NCBI GenBank assembly: GCA_038103905.1
Contig: JAYNZW010000001.1
Coordinates: 144,818-208,817, forward strand
Source: Pelagibacteraceae bacterium
GTDB taxonomy: Bacteria > Pseudomonadota > Alphaproteobacteria > Pelagibacterales > AG-422-B15
Length of the DNA stretch: 64,000 nt
Direction: 5' to 3'
Positions within the stretch are counted from its first letter, which is position 1. The number at the start of each line of letters is the position of its first letter. Under the pieces are notes generated by a model. That model was not told the origin of the DNA, made no database searches, and saw only the letters and a list, made by a program, of their open reading frames with translations. Of this stretch, positions 29,293 through 37,367 are shown one piece after another. A program made the translations under genes and the position numbers.

Positions 29293-31695
29293 ATGACATT
29301 TATTAAATACTTTTTATATCTAATCGTTGCTGTTTTTTTATTTGTTTCAACAGGGGTTGTCATACTGGACAGAGGTTTTTTTTCTGAGTCTTTAGGACCT
29401 GGAGAAATCCAAGGAAAAATAAACACCCCAGAGTTTGTCTATAGTAAAACAGAAAATTACAAAAATGCAGCACAATCGCTTAGCGTTAGTGGTGAAAAAC
29501 AAATTTTATTTGGTGATCTTCATGTTCATTCTACTTTTTCATTGGATGCACATCAAATGAGCTTACCAATTGTTGGGGGAGTTGGCGTACACCCAGTTGC
29601 AGATGCATGTGATTTTGCAAGACATTGTTCGGCACTTGATTTTTGGTCAATAAATGATCATGCAGAAAGTCTTACACCCAAGAGATGGAAAGAAACAAAA
29701 GAAACAATTCGACAATGTAATCAACTCAATGTTGATAAGCAAAACCCAGACTGTGTAGCATTCCTTGGTTGGGAATGGACACAAGTTGGAGCAAATCGTG
29801 GTACACATTGGGGGCACCATAATGTTATCTTAGCCGAAGAAGAGGAAGACTTAGTTCCAACGAGACCAATTGCATCGCAAAGTATTGCACGTCAAGTTTT
29901 AGGCAATGCACCTGATTGGCCTAATGTATCCTATGCATTTATTGATATGAAAAACTTCAAAAGGTATCTTGATTTTAATAATTATGTTACTGAAATTTTG
30001 GATACACCAATATGTGAAAGAGGAGTTCCTTCGAAAAGCCTGCCGCCAAATTGTAGTGAAGATGCATTAACCCCTCTTACTTTAGCCAATAAAGTTAACG
30101 AATATGATAGTGATTATATAATTATTCCACATGGACAAACCTGGGGTCTTTATACACCTAAAGGCTATACATTAGATAAAGGGTTGGAACTTTCTAAACA
30201 GTATCCTCATCAATTTGATTTATTAGAGATGCACTCAGGACATGGTAACAGTGAAGAGTATAGATCTTGGCGAGCAAGTACTGTGACAAGAGAGTCGGAA
30301 GTTGTTGTCGATACAATGATCAATGTACGAGATGTGACTGAGTTAGACTTTAAAACAGGAACTTTAATTGCTACAGTAGATGGAAAAGAAAGATCTATCG
30401 ATTTTGGAACCCAAACATGCCCAAAGCCATCAGATAATTACACGCCTCAATGTTGGAAGTTGGGAGAAATCATTTATGAACGATGTATTGAAGCTGGCGT
30501 AAATGAACAAGAATGTGAAGCGCGTAAAATTAAGACTCAGCAGATCGTTGTAGACCGAGGTCGAACAGGGATAAATGCTGTTTCAAATTTATCAGAGAGA
30601 GATAAATTAGACTCCGGTCAGTGTCGTGATTGCTTTTCTCCTGCAATGAATTATGTGCCTGGTGGAAGTGCCCAGTATGGAATGGCACTAACAAAGTTTA
30701 ATGATGATGGTTCAAAACATCGATTTAAATACGGATTTATTTCATCTAGTGATAATCATCAAGCTGCTCCTGGTTCAGGTTATAAGGAATTATTTCATTC
30801 AAGTGTTGATGGCGTTGGTCCGCCAACAGAATTATTTGATAAATTTTTACATATGGAGCCTTATACGATAGGTGCTGAAAACTTAAATCCTCTTAAAGAC
30901 GCATATTTATCTGATGACCAACCTATTGATTTTGATCTCACAAAACTGAACTTAGGGTTTAATTCGATTGAATGGGAACGTCAAAGATCATTCTTTCAGA
31001 CTGGTGGTTTAGCAGCAGTTCATTCTGAAGGAAGATCAAAAGAAGAAATATGGAATGCTTTCAAAAGACATGAGACATATGCAACTAGTGGACCAAGAAT
31101 ATTACTATGGTTTGATCTTGTGAATAATGAGAATAGTCCTAATGGTAAGTCACCAATGGGTTCACTTGTTGAAATGAATAATAATCCTGAGTTTGAAGTT
31201 AAAGCAATGGGATCATATGTACAAAAAAGTGGATGCCCTGAGGATGCTTATGCAGCACTTGGCGAAGACCGAGTAAACGAGCTTTGCTACAACGAATGCT
31301 ATAATCCTACTGATGAGCGTAAAAAAATTACAAGAATTGAGATTATTAGAGTTTGGCCTCAAGAATATGTTAATCAACCAATAGACGATAGAATAGAAGA
31401 CACTTGGCTTGTTCACAACTGCGATACAAATAGTGCCGGTTGCAAGTTTACTTTTATGGATCCAGACTTCTCTACTATGCAATCAGATGTCAGTTATTAT
31501 GCAAGAGCTATAGAAGAACCATCGCCGATAATAAATGTAAAAGGTGCTCACTGCATTTATGATGACGAGGGCAATTGTTCAGAGTTTAAAATTTGTACTC
31601 AAGATTGGAAGAATCCAAGAGATTTAGACGCCTGCACAAGTATTGATGAACCAAGAGCTTGGTCATCTCCCATCTACTTAAATTACAAATCATAA
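29293..31695 (+). CDS. DUF3604-like exported metal-dependent (PHP-type) hydrolase, Cys-rich C-terminus
   Basis: An anchor/signal helix is followed by ILFGDLHVHSTFSLDA and SINDHAE, which are PHP-like His/Asp metal ligands. The last ~200 residues contain about 13 Cys. I prefer ATG 29293 over the track TTG at 29242, which would leave only 5 bp to the divergent gene. Confidence 0.6.
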   Translation: MTFIKYFLYLIVAVFLFVSTGVVILDRGFFSESLGPGEIQGKINTPEFVYSKTENYKNAAQSLSVSGEKQILFGDLHVHSTFSLDAHQMSLPIVGGVGVHPVADACDFARHCSALDFWSINDHAESLTPKRWKETKETIRQCNQLNVDKQNPDCVAFLGWEWTQVGANRGTHWGHHNVILAEEEEDLVPTRPIASQSIARQVLGNAPDWPNVSYAFIDMKNFKRYLDFNNYVTEILDTPICERGVPSKSLPPNCSEDALTPLTLANKVNEYDSDYIIIPHGQTWGLYTPKGYTLDKGLELSKQYPHQFDLLEMHSGHGNSEEYRSWRASTVTRESEVVVDTMINVRDVTELDFKTGTLIATVDGKERSIDFGTQTCPKPSDNYTPQCWKLGEIIYERCIEAGVNEQECEARKIKTQQIVVDRGRTGINAVSNLSERDKLDSGQCRDCFSPAMNYVPGGSAQYGMALTKFNDDGSKHRFKYGFISSSDNHQAAPGSGYKELFHSSVDGVGPPTELFDKFLHMEPYTIGAENLNPLKDAYLSDDQPIDFDLTKLNLGFNSIEWERQRSFFQTGGLAAVHSEGRSKEEIWNAFKRHETYATSGPRILLWFDLVNNENSPNGKSPMGSLVEMNNNPEFEVKAMGSYVQKSGCPEDAYAALGEDRVNELCYNECYNPTDERKKITRIEIIRVWPQEYVNQPIDDRIEDTWLVHNCDTNSAGCKFTFMDPDFSTMQSDVSYYARAIEEPSPIINVKGAHCIYDDEGNCSEFKICTQDWKNPRDLDACTSIDEPRAWSSPIYLNYKS

Positions 31696-31711
31696 ATAGA
31701 TATTTAATATC

Positions 31712-31740
31712 AATTAGTTAATTATAAAAATTAACTAATT
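31712..31740 (+). terminator. AT-rich perfect hairpin after the DUF3604 gene
   Basis: AATTAGTTAATT-ataaa-AATTAACTAATT, a 12-bp perfect inverted repeat 17 nt after the stop. No clean T-tract follows. Confidence 0.4.
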
Positions 31741-31828
31741 CATTTACTTGACAATTTGGCATTCAAGTATTGTTGAGAGCCATATTTAGGGTGGTATTAC
31801 AAAAACATAATTTAGGGGGATATCTCAA

Positions 31829-33106
31829 ATGTTTAAAAACTTAATCTTTTATAGCGTGATTGCTACTTTGGTTTCTTCATCAGCTTATGCAGGTGTTGAT
31901 CAAGAAGTAGCATATATTTTTAATACTTTTTCTTTTTTAGTTTGTGGCTTTTTAGTTATGTGGATGGCTGCTGGCTTTTGTATGTTAGAGTCTGGGCTAG
32001 TTACAACCCGAAGTGTTTCTACTATTGCTGCGAAGAATATTGGAAAATTTGCAATCGTTTCAGTAGTTTTTTACCTTGTTGGATACAATTTAGGGTACGG
32101 AATTCCTGAAGGTGGTTATATTGGAACATTCTCTACGTGGACAGACTCATCTTCTATTGAAACAGGGTATTCCGACGCATCTGATTGGTTCTTTCAAACA
32201 TTATTTGTATGTGCAACTTGTTCAATAGTTTCAGGTGCAGTTGCTGAAAGAATTAAAATTTGGCCATTCTTTTTATTCTCTGCCATACTTGGTGGATTTA
32301 TCTATCCAATTCAAATGGGTTGGGAATGGGGTGGAGGCTGGCTTGATGCGCTAGGCTTTGCTGATTTCGCTGGATCAACATTAGTTCATGCATGTGGAGG
32401 AGCAGCGGCACTTGCTGGTGTAATGTTGTTGGGTCCTCGAATTGGAAGATACAGCACAAAAGGTGAAGTTCAGTCGATGGAACCGTTTGCAGCCTCTTCA
32501 ATACCACTAGTTGCTCTTGGAACTTTCATACTATGGATGGGCTGGTTCGGTTTTAATGGCGGATCACAACTTGCACTTGGTTCTTATGAAGATGCTACTG
32601 CAATGTCTACGATATTTATAAATACTCAATTAGCAGCATGCGGAGGTTGTTTAGCTGCAGCTGTAGTTACTCGTCTTGTTGGTGGTAAGACTGATGTTGT
32701 AATGATGTTGAATGGTTGTTTAGCAGGTCTTGTATCAATTACAGCTGAACCATTAATGCCTTCTCCAATTTTAGCAATTATTATTGGAGCGGTCGGTGGA
32801 ATTATTATGTATGTAGGTACTAATTTTCTAAACAGCATGAAACTTGATGATGTTGTAGGGGCTATACCAGTTCATATGTTTGCAGGCATATGGGGGACAA
32901 TGATTGTGCCACTATCAAATCCTGATACTTCATATGTTACACAATTCATAGGTGTTGCCTCTGTAATTGCCTTTGTTTTTATCGTTTCCTATATAGTTCT
33001 TTTAATTATCAAAAACACAATAGGTTTAAGAATTAGTGAAGAAGCTGAAAAATTAGGCACCGACAAGTCTGAAGTTGGAGTTGTAGCTTACTCAATTAGA
33101 GATTAA
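31829..33106 (+). CDS. amt: Ammonium transporter (Amt family), copy 1
   Basis: Signal peptide ending SAYA. Motifs AGFCMLESG, DFAGSTLVHACGGAAALAG and WFGFNGGS. Strong SD (AGGGGGA) upstream. Confidence 0.93.
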   Translation: MFKNLIFYSVIATLVSSSAYAGVDQEVAYIFNTFSFLVCGFLVMWMAAGFCMLESGLVTTRSVSTIAAKNIGKFAIVSVVFYLVGYNLGYGIPEGGYIGTFSTWTDSSSIETGYSDASDWFFQTLFVCATCSIVSGAVAERIKIWPFFLFSAILGGFIYPIQMGWEWGGGWLDALGFADFAGSTLVHACGGAAALAGVMLLGPRIGRYSTKGEVQSMEPFAASSIPLVALGTFILWMGWFGFNGGSQLALGSYEDATAMSTIFINTQLAACGGCLAAAVVTRLVGGKTDVVMMLNGCLAGLVSITAEPLMPSPILAIIIGAVGGIIMYVGTNFLNSMKLDDVVGAIPVHMFAGIWGTMIVPLSNPDTSYVTQFIGVASVIAFVFIVSYIVLLIIKNTIGLRISEEAEKLGTDKSEVGVVAYSIRD

Positions 33107-33127
33107 TCCTTAACTTTTAAAAAATAG

Positions 33128-33161
33128 CCTCCCAGTCTTAATTGACTGGGAGGTTTTTTTT
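33128..33161 (+). terminator. Rho-independent terminator of amt copy 1
   Basis: CCTCCCAGTC-ttaatt-GACTGGGAGG, a 10-bp GC-rich stem, followed by eight T. Confidence 0.9.
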
Positions 33162-33292
33162 ATATTTTTTTTCTTTGCTGCCATTCTGGCAAAAAGTTTC
33201 ATGACATGATGGCAGATGAGTCAAGTTGTTTCTTAGTTACATTCAAATGATATTGAACAATCTTAAATTTTTATTAATGGGAGAAAATTAAA

Positions 33293-34561
33293 ATGATTAA
33301 AAGAATAGTTATGTACTCATTACTATTCACTTCTTTATTAAGTGTTAGTGCTTATGCAGGTACAGATGATGAAACTGCTTATGCTCTAAATACTTTATTA
33401 TTTTTAGTAAGTGGATTCCTAGTAATGTTAATGGCTGCAGGTTTCTGTATGCTTGAATCAGGAATGGTTACATCTAAAAGTGTGTCAACAATTGCTGCAA
33501 AAAATATTGGACTTTATTCTATTGCAGGACTGATGTTCTGGGTAATAGGTTATAATGTTGCTTACGGTATACCGGAAGGGGGATACATTGGATCCTTTAC
33601 TCCATGGAGTGACGCATCTGCAATTGATACAGGCTATTCAGATGGATCTGATTGGTTCTTCCAGATGGTTTTTTGTGCGACAACAGTTTCAATTGTATCT
33701 GGTACTTTAGCTGAAAGAATTAAAATTTGGCCTTTCTTTCTATTTGCTGCAATTTTAACTGGAATTATTTATCCAATTGAAATGGGCTGGCAATGGGGAG
33801 GCGGCTGGTTATCAGCTGCTGGATTCTCAGATTTTGCTGGTTCAACTTTAGTTCATGCTGCTGGTGGTGCAGCTGCATTAGCAGGAGCAATTGTGCTTGG
33901 TCCACGACTTGGTAGATTTAATAATGGTAAATTAGTGCCATTTGCAAGCTCATCTATTCCGTTAGCTACACTTGGAACATTCATACTATGGTTTGGATGG
34001 TTTGGTTTTAATGGTGGATCTCAATTAGCATTAGCTGGTTTTGAAAATGCGACAGCCGTTGCTACAATCTATATTAATACTAACCTTGCTGCTTGTGCCG
34101 GTGTCATGACTTGTGCAGTGATTACAAGACTAGTAAATGGTAAAACTGATGTAATCATGATGTTAAATGGTGCACTTGGTGGATTAGTGGCAATTACTGC
34201 TGAGCCGCTTACACCTACACCGCTTATGGCGATCATTATTGGTTCTATTGGTGGAATAATTGTAATTGTTGGTACCGAGGTTCTAACAAGGTTCAAAATT
34301 GACGATGTTGTTGGAGCTATTCCAGTACACTTATTTGCCGGAATTTGGGGTACGCTTGCTGTTCCATTGACAAATAGTGGTACCAGCTTTGGTGCGCAAT
34401 TACTTGGTACAGCTTCAATCTGTGCTTTTGTTTTTGTAGTTTCATTCATAATTTGGTCAATTATGAAATCTACGGTGGGCATAAGAATAAGTGAAGAAGC
34501 CGAAAAAGAAGGAACTGATATAGCTGAGACTGGTGTAACAGCTTACGCTATCAGAGACTAA
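33293..34561 (+). CDS. amt: Ammonium transporter (Amt family), copy 2
   Basis: Colinear paralogue of copy 1. Motifs AGFCMLESG, DFAGSTLVHAAGGAAALAG and WFGFNGGS, with the same C-terminal RISEEAEK.GTD tail. SD is GGGAGA. Confidence 0.93.
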   Translation: MIKRIVMYSLLFTSLLSVSAYAGTDDETAYALNTLLFLVSGFLVMLMAAGFCMLESGMVTSKSVSTIAAKNIGLYSIAGLMFWVIGYNVAYGIPEGGYIGSFTPWSDASAIDTGYSDGSDWFFQMVFCATTVSIVSGTLAERIKIWPFFLFAAILTGIIYPIEMGWQWGGGWLSAAGFSDFAGSTLVHAAGGAAALAGAIVLGPRLGRFNNGKLVPFASSSIPLATLGTFILWFGWFGFNGGSQLALAGFENATAVATIYINTNLAACAGVMTCAVITRLVNGKTDVIMMLNGALGGLVAITAEPLTPTPLMAIIIGSIGGIIVIVGTEVLTRFKIDDVVGAIPVHLFAGIWGTLAVPLTNSGTSFGAQLLGTASICAFVFVVSFIIWSIMKSTVGIRISEEAEKEGTDIAETGVTAYAIRD

Positions 34562-34579
34562 TTTCCTCCTGACCTTAAA

Positions 34580-34628
34580 CAGTTCTGCAATTTAACTCCC
34601 CTAAATTATTTTGCAGGACTGTTTTTTA
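34580..34628 (+). terminator. Probable intrinsic terminator of amt copy 2
   Basis: CAGTTCTGCAA ...20 nt... TTGCAGGACTG, 11 bp with one G-U pair, followed by TTTTTT. Confidence 0.6.
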
Positions 34629-34667
34629 TTTTGAATTTTTATTTTTTCCTAATACAGTCTTTCTTTA

Positions 34668-35618
34668 ATGGAAAATCATTCACATAAATTTGAAAAAAAG
34701 AAAGCTGGGGTATTCTTTTTTAAATCATCAAGTCCTTTCGAATTTCACCATATTTTGAACGGTATTGATATTGAGCCTAAAGAAGAAATTTATGGTTCCC
34801 TTATTTTTCCTGAAAATGTAAAGCATCCATGTCCTGCAGTAATTGCTGTTCACGGTAGTGCAGGATTAAGAGGAAATCACCATGACCATATTGTTAACCT
34901 TTTGGAAGCTGGTATTGCTGTTTTTAGGATCCATAGCTTTGAAGCAAGAGGTTTAATTTCAATTATTGAAGATCAAATGAGAGTAACTTTAGCTACAATG
35001 ATAACAGACTCATTCCGTGCACTCTCTTTATTATCTCAGCATCCAGATATAGATCCAAATAAAATTGGAATTATGGGCTGGAGCCTTGGAGGAAGTACAT
35101 CTTTCTACTCGGCATGGTCTCCAATTGTGAAAGCTTTGACAGTAGGAGATGAAAAATTCTCTGCTCATCTTCCACTTTATCCTGGTACACATATTAAACC
35201 TGAAATCAATGAATGGACTGATGCACCCATGAGAATTCTATGTGGTGATGCTGATGATTATACTCCAACTAGTTTGGTTAAAAATATTCTAGATTATATG
35301 AAGCCTGTTAAATCAAATATAGAATTAATTACTTATCCCAACGCCCATCATTCTTTTGATTCAATCGATCCAATCGAATTTATTCCTTATGCAATTAAGC
35401 TTACTGAGAAATTTGCTATTATTGACAAAAATACCAATCTTTCATTCACCCTAGATGATGGAACGATAATTCCTTGCGATGATGCTGAAGGTCGCATGAA
35501 TTTAATTAAAGCAGTTCCTAATATCATGGGGGCTCATGCGGGCTGTGATTGGGAGGCGAGAAGACAGTCACATAAAGATGTTGTCTCTTTCTTTAAAAAA
35601 GAATTTCTAAATTCGTAA
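34668..35618 (+). CDS. Dienelactone-hydrolase-like alpha/beta hydrolase
   Basis: Nucleophile elbow GWSLGG, then CGDADDYTP and AHHSFD as the Ser-Asp-His triad. 316 aa. Confidence 0.7.
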   Translation: MENHSHKFEKKKAGVFFFKSSSPFEFHHILNGIDIEPKEEIYGSLIFPENVKHPCPAVIAVHGSAGLRGNHHDHIVNLLEAGIAVFRIHSFEARGLISIIEDQMRVTLATMITDSFRALSLLSQHPDIDPNKIGIMGWSLGGSTSFYSAWSPIVKALTVGDEKFSAHLPLYPGTHIKPEINEWTDAPMRILCGDADDYTPTSLVKNILDYMKPVKSNIELITYPNAHHSFDSIDPIEFIPYAIKLTEKFAIIDKNTNLSFTLDDGTIIPCDDAEGRMNLIKAVPNIMGAHAGCDWEARRQSHKDVVSFFKKEFLNS

Positions 35619-35621
35619 TTT

Positions 35622-35647
35622 TTAGAGTCTAAATTTATTGACTCTAA
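35622..35647 (+). terminator. Weak hairpin after the hydrolase gene, overlapping the umuD -35
   Basis: TTAGAGTC-taaatttatt-GACTCTAA, an 8-bp stem. Confidence 0.3.
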
Positions 35648-35666
35648 TATCCAGCAGTGCAATAAT
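35638..35666 (+). promoter_or_regulatory. Sigma-70-type promoter of umuDC
   Basis: TTGACT-N17-AATAAT with TG two bases upstream of the -10 (tgcAATAAT), 35 nt before the umuD ATG. Confidence 0.65.
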
Positions 35667-35668
35667 AA

Positions 35669-35683
35669 GAACAAAACAAGAAC
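35669..35683 (+). promoter_or_regulatory. Alphaproteobacterial LexA operator (SOS box)
   Basis: GAACaaaacaaGAAC is an exact GAAC-N7-GAAC direct repeat (GTTC-N7-GTTC on the other strand). It starts 3 nt after the -10 hexamer. Confidence 0.75.
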
Positions 35684-35700
35684 AAATTAGTATTTAATCA

Positions 35701-36108
35701 ATGTTATTAACCTTTTACAAAGAAGGCGTGGAATGTGGATTTCCGTCTCCAGCTAGGGATTTTACTGAGAGCTCCATAGATTTGAATGAAGAGTTGATTC
35801 ATCATCCCAATGCAACTTTTGTTGTGAGAGCACGCGGCCATTCAATGATGGATGCAGGCATATCACCCGGTGACCTAATTATTGTTGATCGAAGTTTAAA
35901 GCCTCGTCATGGATCTGTTATTGTTGCAGTGTTAGACGGTGAACTGAGTATCAAGATTCTAAGTATAAAAAGTAAAAACGACATCATACTAAAATCAGCA
36001 AATAAAAATTATGAGGATGTTTATGTTTCAGAAGAAATGGACTTTATGATTTGGGGCGTCTGCACATATGTGGTTCATGATCTTAAGAAGATTAACTATC
36101 CTTTATGA
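35701..36108 (+). CDS. umuD: Translesion polymerase V accessory subunit UmuD (S24 autopeptidase)
   Basis: Cleavage-site block VECGFPSPARDF, Ser nucleophile in ARGHSMMDAGI, and Lys in GELSIKIL. 135 aa. Confidence 0.88.
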   Translation: MLLTFYKEGVECGFPSPARDFTESSIDLNEELIHHPNATFVVRARGHSMMDAGISPGDLIIVDRSLKPRHGSVIVAVLDGELSIKILSIKSKNDIILKSANKNYEDVYVSEEMDFMIWGVCTYVVHDLKKINYPL

Positions 36109-37367
36109 AAAAAAAAGTTTTTGCATTAATAGATTGTAATGCTTTTTATGTTTCTTGTGAGAGAGTCTTTAATCCAAAACTAAACAATAGACCAGTTGTA
36201 GCCTTATCTAATAATGATGGATGTATCATAGCTAGATCTAAAGAAGCAAAAGCTCTTGGAATTAAAATGGGTGTCCCACTTTTTAAAGTTAAAGATATTA
36301 TCGAAAGAGAGAATGTTATCGTATTTTCATCAAATTATACTTTGTACGCAGATATGTCGAGACGAGTTATGAATATAATATCTGAATTTTCTCCAAGTAT
36401 TGAAGTTTACTCAATTGATGAGGCATTCATCGAGTTGACAGGTGTAAAAGTAGACTATGAATTCTATGCTCATAAATTGAGACAGACAATCTTACAGTAT
36501 ACAGGTATCCCAGTGAGTATTGGAATTGCATCAACAAAAACTTTGACAAAGGTAGCTAATCACATTGCAAAAGATAATGAAAGTTTAAATGGTGTATGTT
36601 CACTGGTTGATCACAAAAATTTAGATAGAGTGTTAGAAGATACTCATGTTAGTGATATATGGGGAGTGGGTAGACAGCTATCTAAAAAACTAATCACAAG
36701 TGGAGTCTTTAACGCAAAACTTTTAAAAAACTCTGAAGATACATGGATAAGGAAAATGATGAGTATTAATGGATTAAAAACAGTCTCTGAATTGAGAGAA
36801 ATATCTTGCTTAGACTTAGAAGAAACATCAGCTACTAGAAAAAGCTGTTGTACCACAAGATCTTTTGGGAGACCTCTGGTTAATCTTGAAGATATAGAGC
36901 AGGCAGTTACTACTTTTGCTCGTCGTGCGACAGAAAGAATAAGAGGTGAAGATTTAACTGCTTCTATGGTTTCTGTTTTTTTACGAACTAACCCTTTTGA
37001 TAAAAAAAATAACTATTATTCAAATAGTTCAACAATAACATTGAGTTATCCAACATATGATACAGTGCATATAGTGAAAGCAGCTCTAGACATAACAAAA
37101 AAAATTTTTCGTAAAGATTATAACTATAAGAAGGCTGGAGTTTTACTTAGTGGATTTTATAAAAAAGGAACTGAAACTAAAGATTTATTTTCTGAGTCAA
37201 AATACAGATCTCCTAATTTAATGTATGCGGTTGACCAAATCAATCAGCGTTATGGAAGCGATACAATTCAAATAGCCACAGAGTGTCAAACAGGAAAATG
37301 GAAACAGAAAAGAAAAAATTGTACTCAAAGCTACACAACTCAGCTTGATAAAGTTTTATTAGTTTAA
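36105..37367 (+). CDS. umuC: Y-family DNA polymerase UmuC
   Basis: Motifs ALIDCNAFYVSCERVFNP, YSIDEAF and WGVGRQLSKKL. ATGA overlap with umuD. 420 aa. Confidence 0.9.
   Translation: MKKKVFALIDCNAFYVSCERVFNPKLNNRPVVALSNNDGCIIARSKEAKALGIKMGVPLFKVKDIIERENVIVFSSNYTLYADMSRRVMNIISEFSPSIEVYSIDEAFIELTGVKVDYEFYAHKLRQTILQYTGIPVSIGIASTKTLTKVANHIAKDNESLNGVCSLVDHKNLDRVLEDTHVSDIWGVGRQLSKKLITSGVFNAKLLKNSEDTWIRKMMSINGLKTVSELREISCLDLEETSATRKSCCTTRSFGRPLVNLEDIEQAVTTFARRATERIRGEDLTASMVSVFLRTNPFDKKNNYYSNSSTITLSYPTYDTVHIVKAALDITKKIFRKDYNYKKAGVLLSGFYKKGTETKDLFSESKYRSPNLMYAVDQINQRYGSDTIQIATECQTGKWKQKRKNCTQSYTTQLDKVLLV

Noticed and set aside
31757-31782. Sigma-54 (-24/-12) promoter upstream of amt copy 1, because of TGGCAT
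   Set aside because: The GG element is present, but the required GC about 10 nt downstream is not. The sequence reads TGGCATTCAAGTATTGT against the consensus TGGCAC-N5-TTGC. The partner GCCA at 31779-31782 gives only a 4-bp symmetry.
31696-31828. Glutamine (glnA-motif) riboswitch or other structured leader upstream of the amt genes
   Set aside because: I could not find the conserved GGAAG / ACGGAAG-type elements or a three-stem arrangement in either amt leader. The only stable structures are the terminators of the preceding genes.
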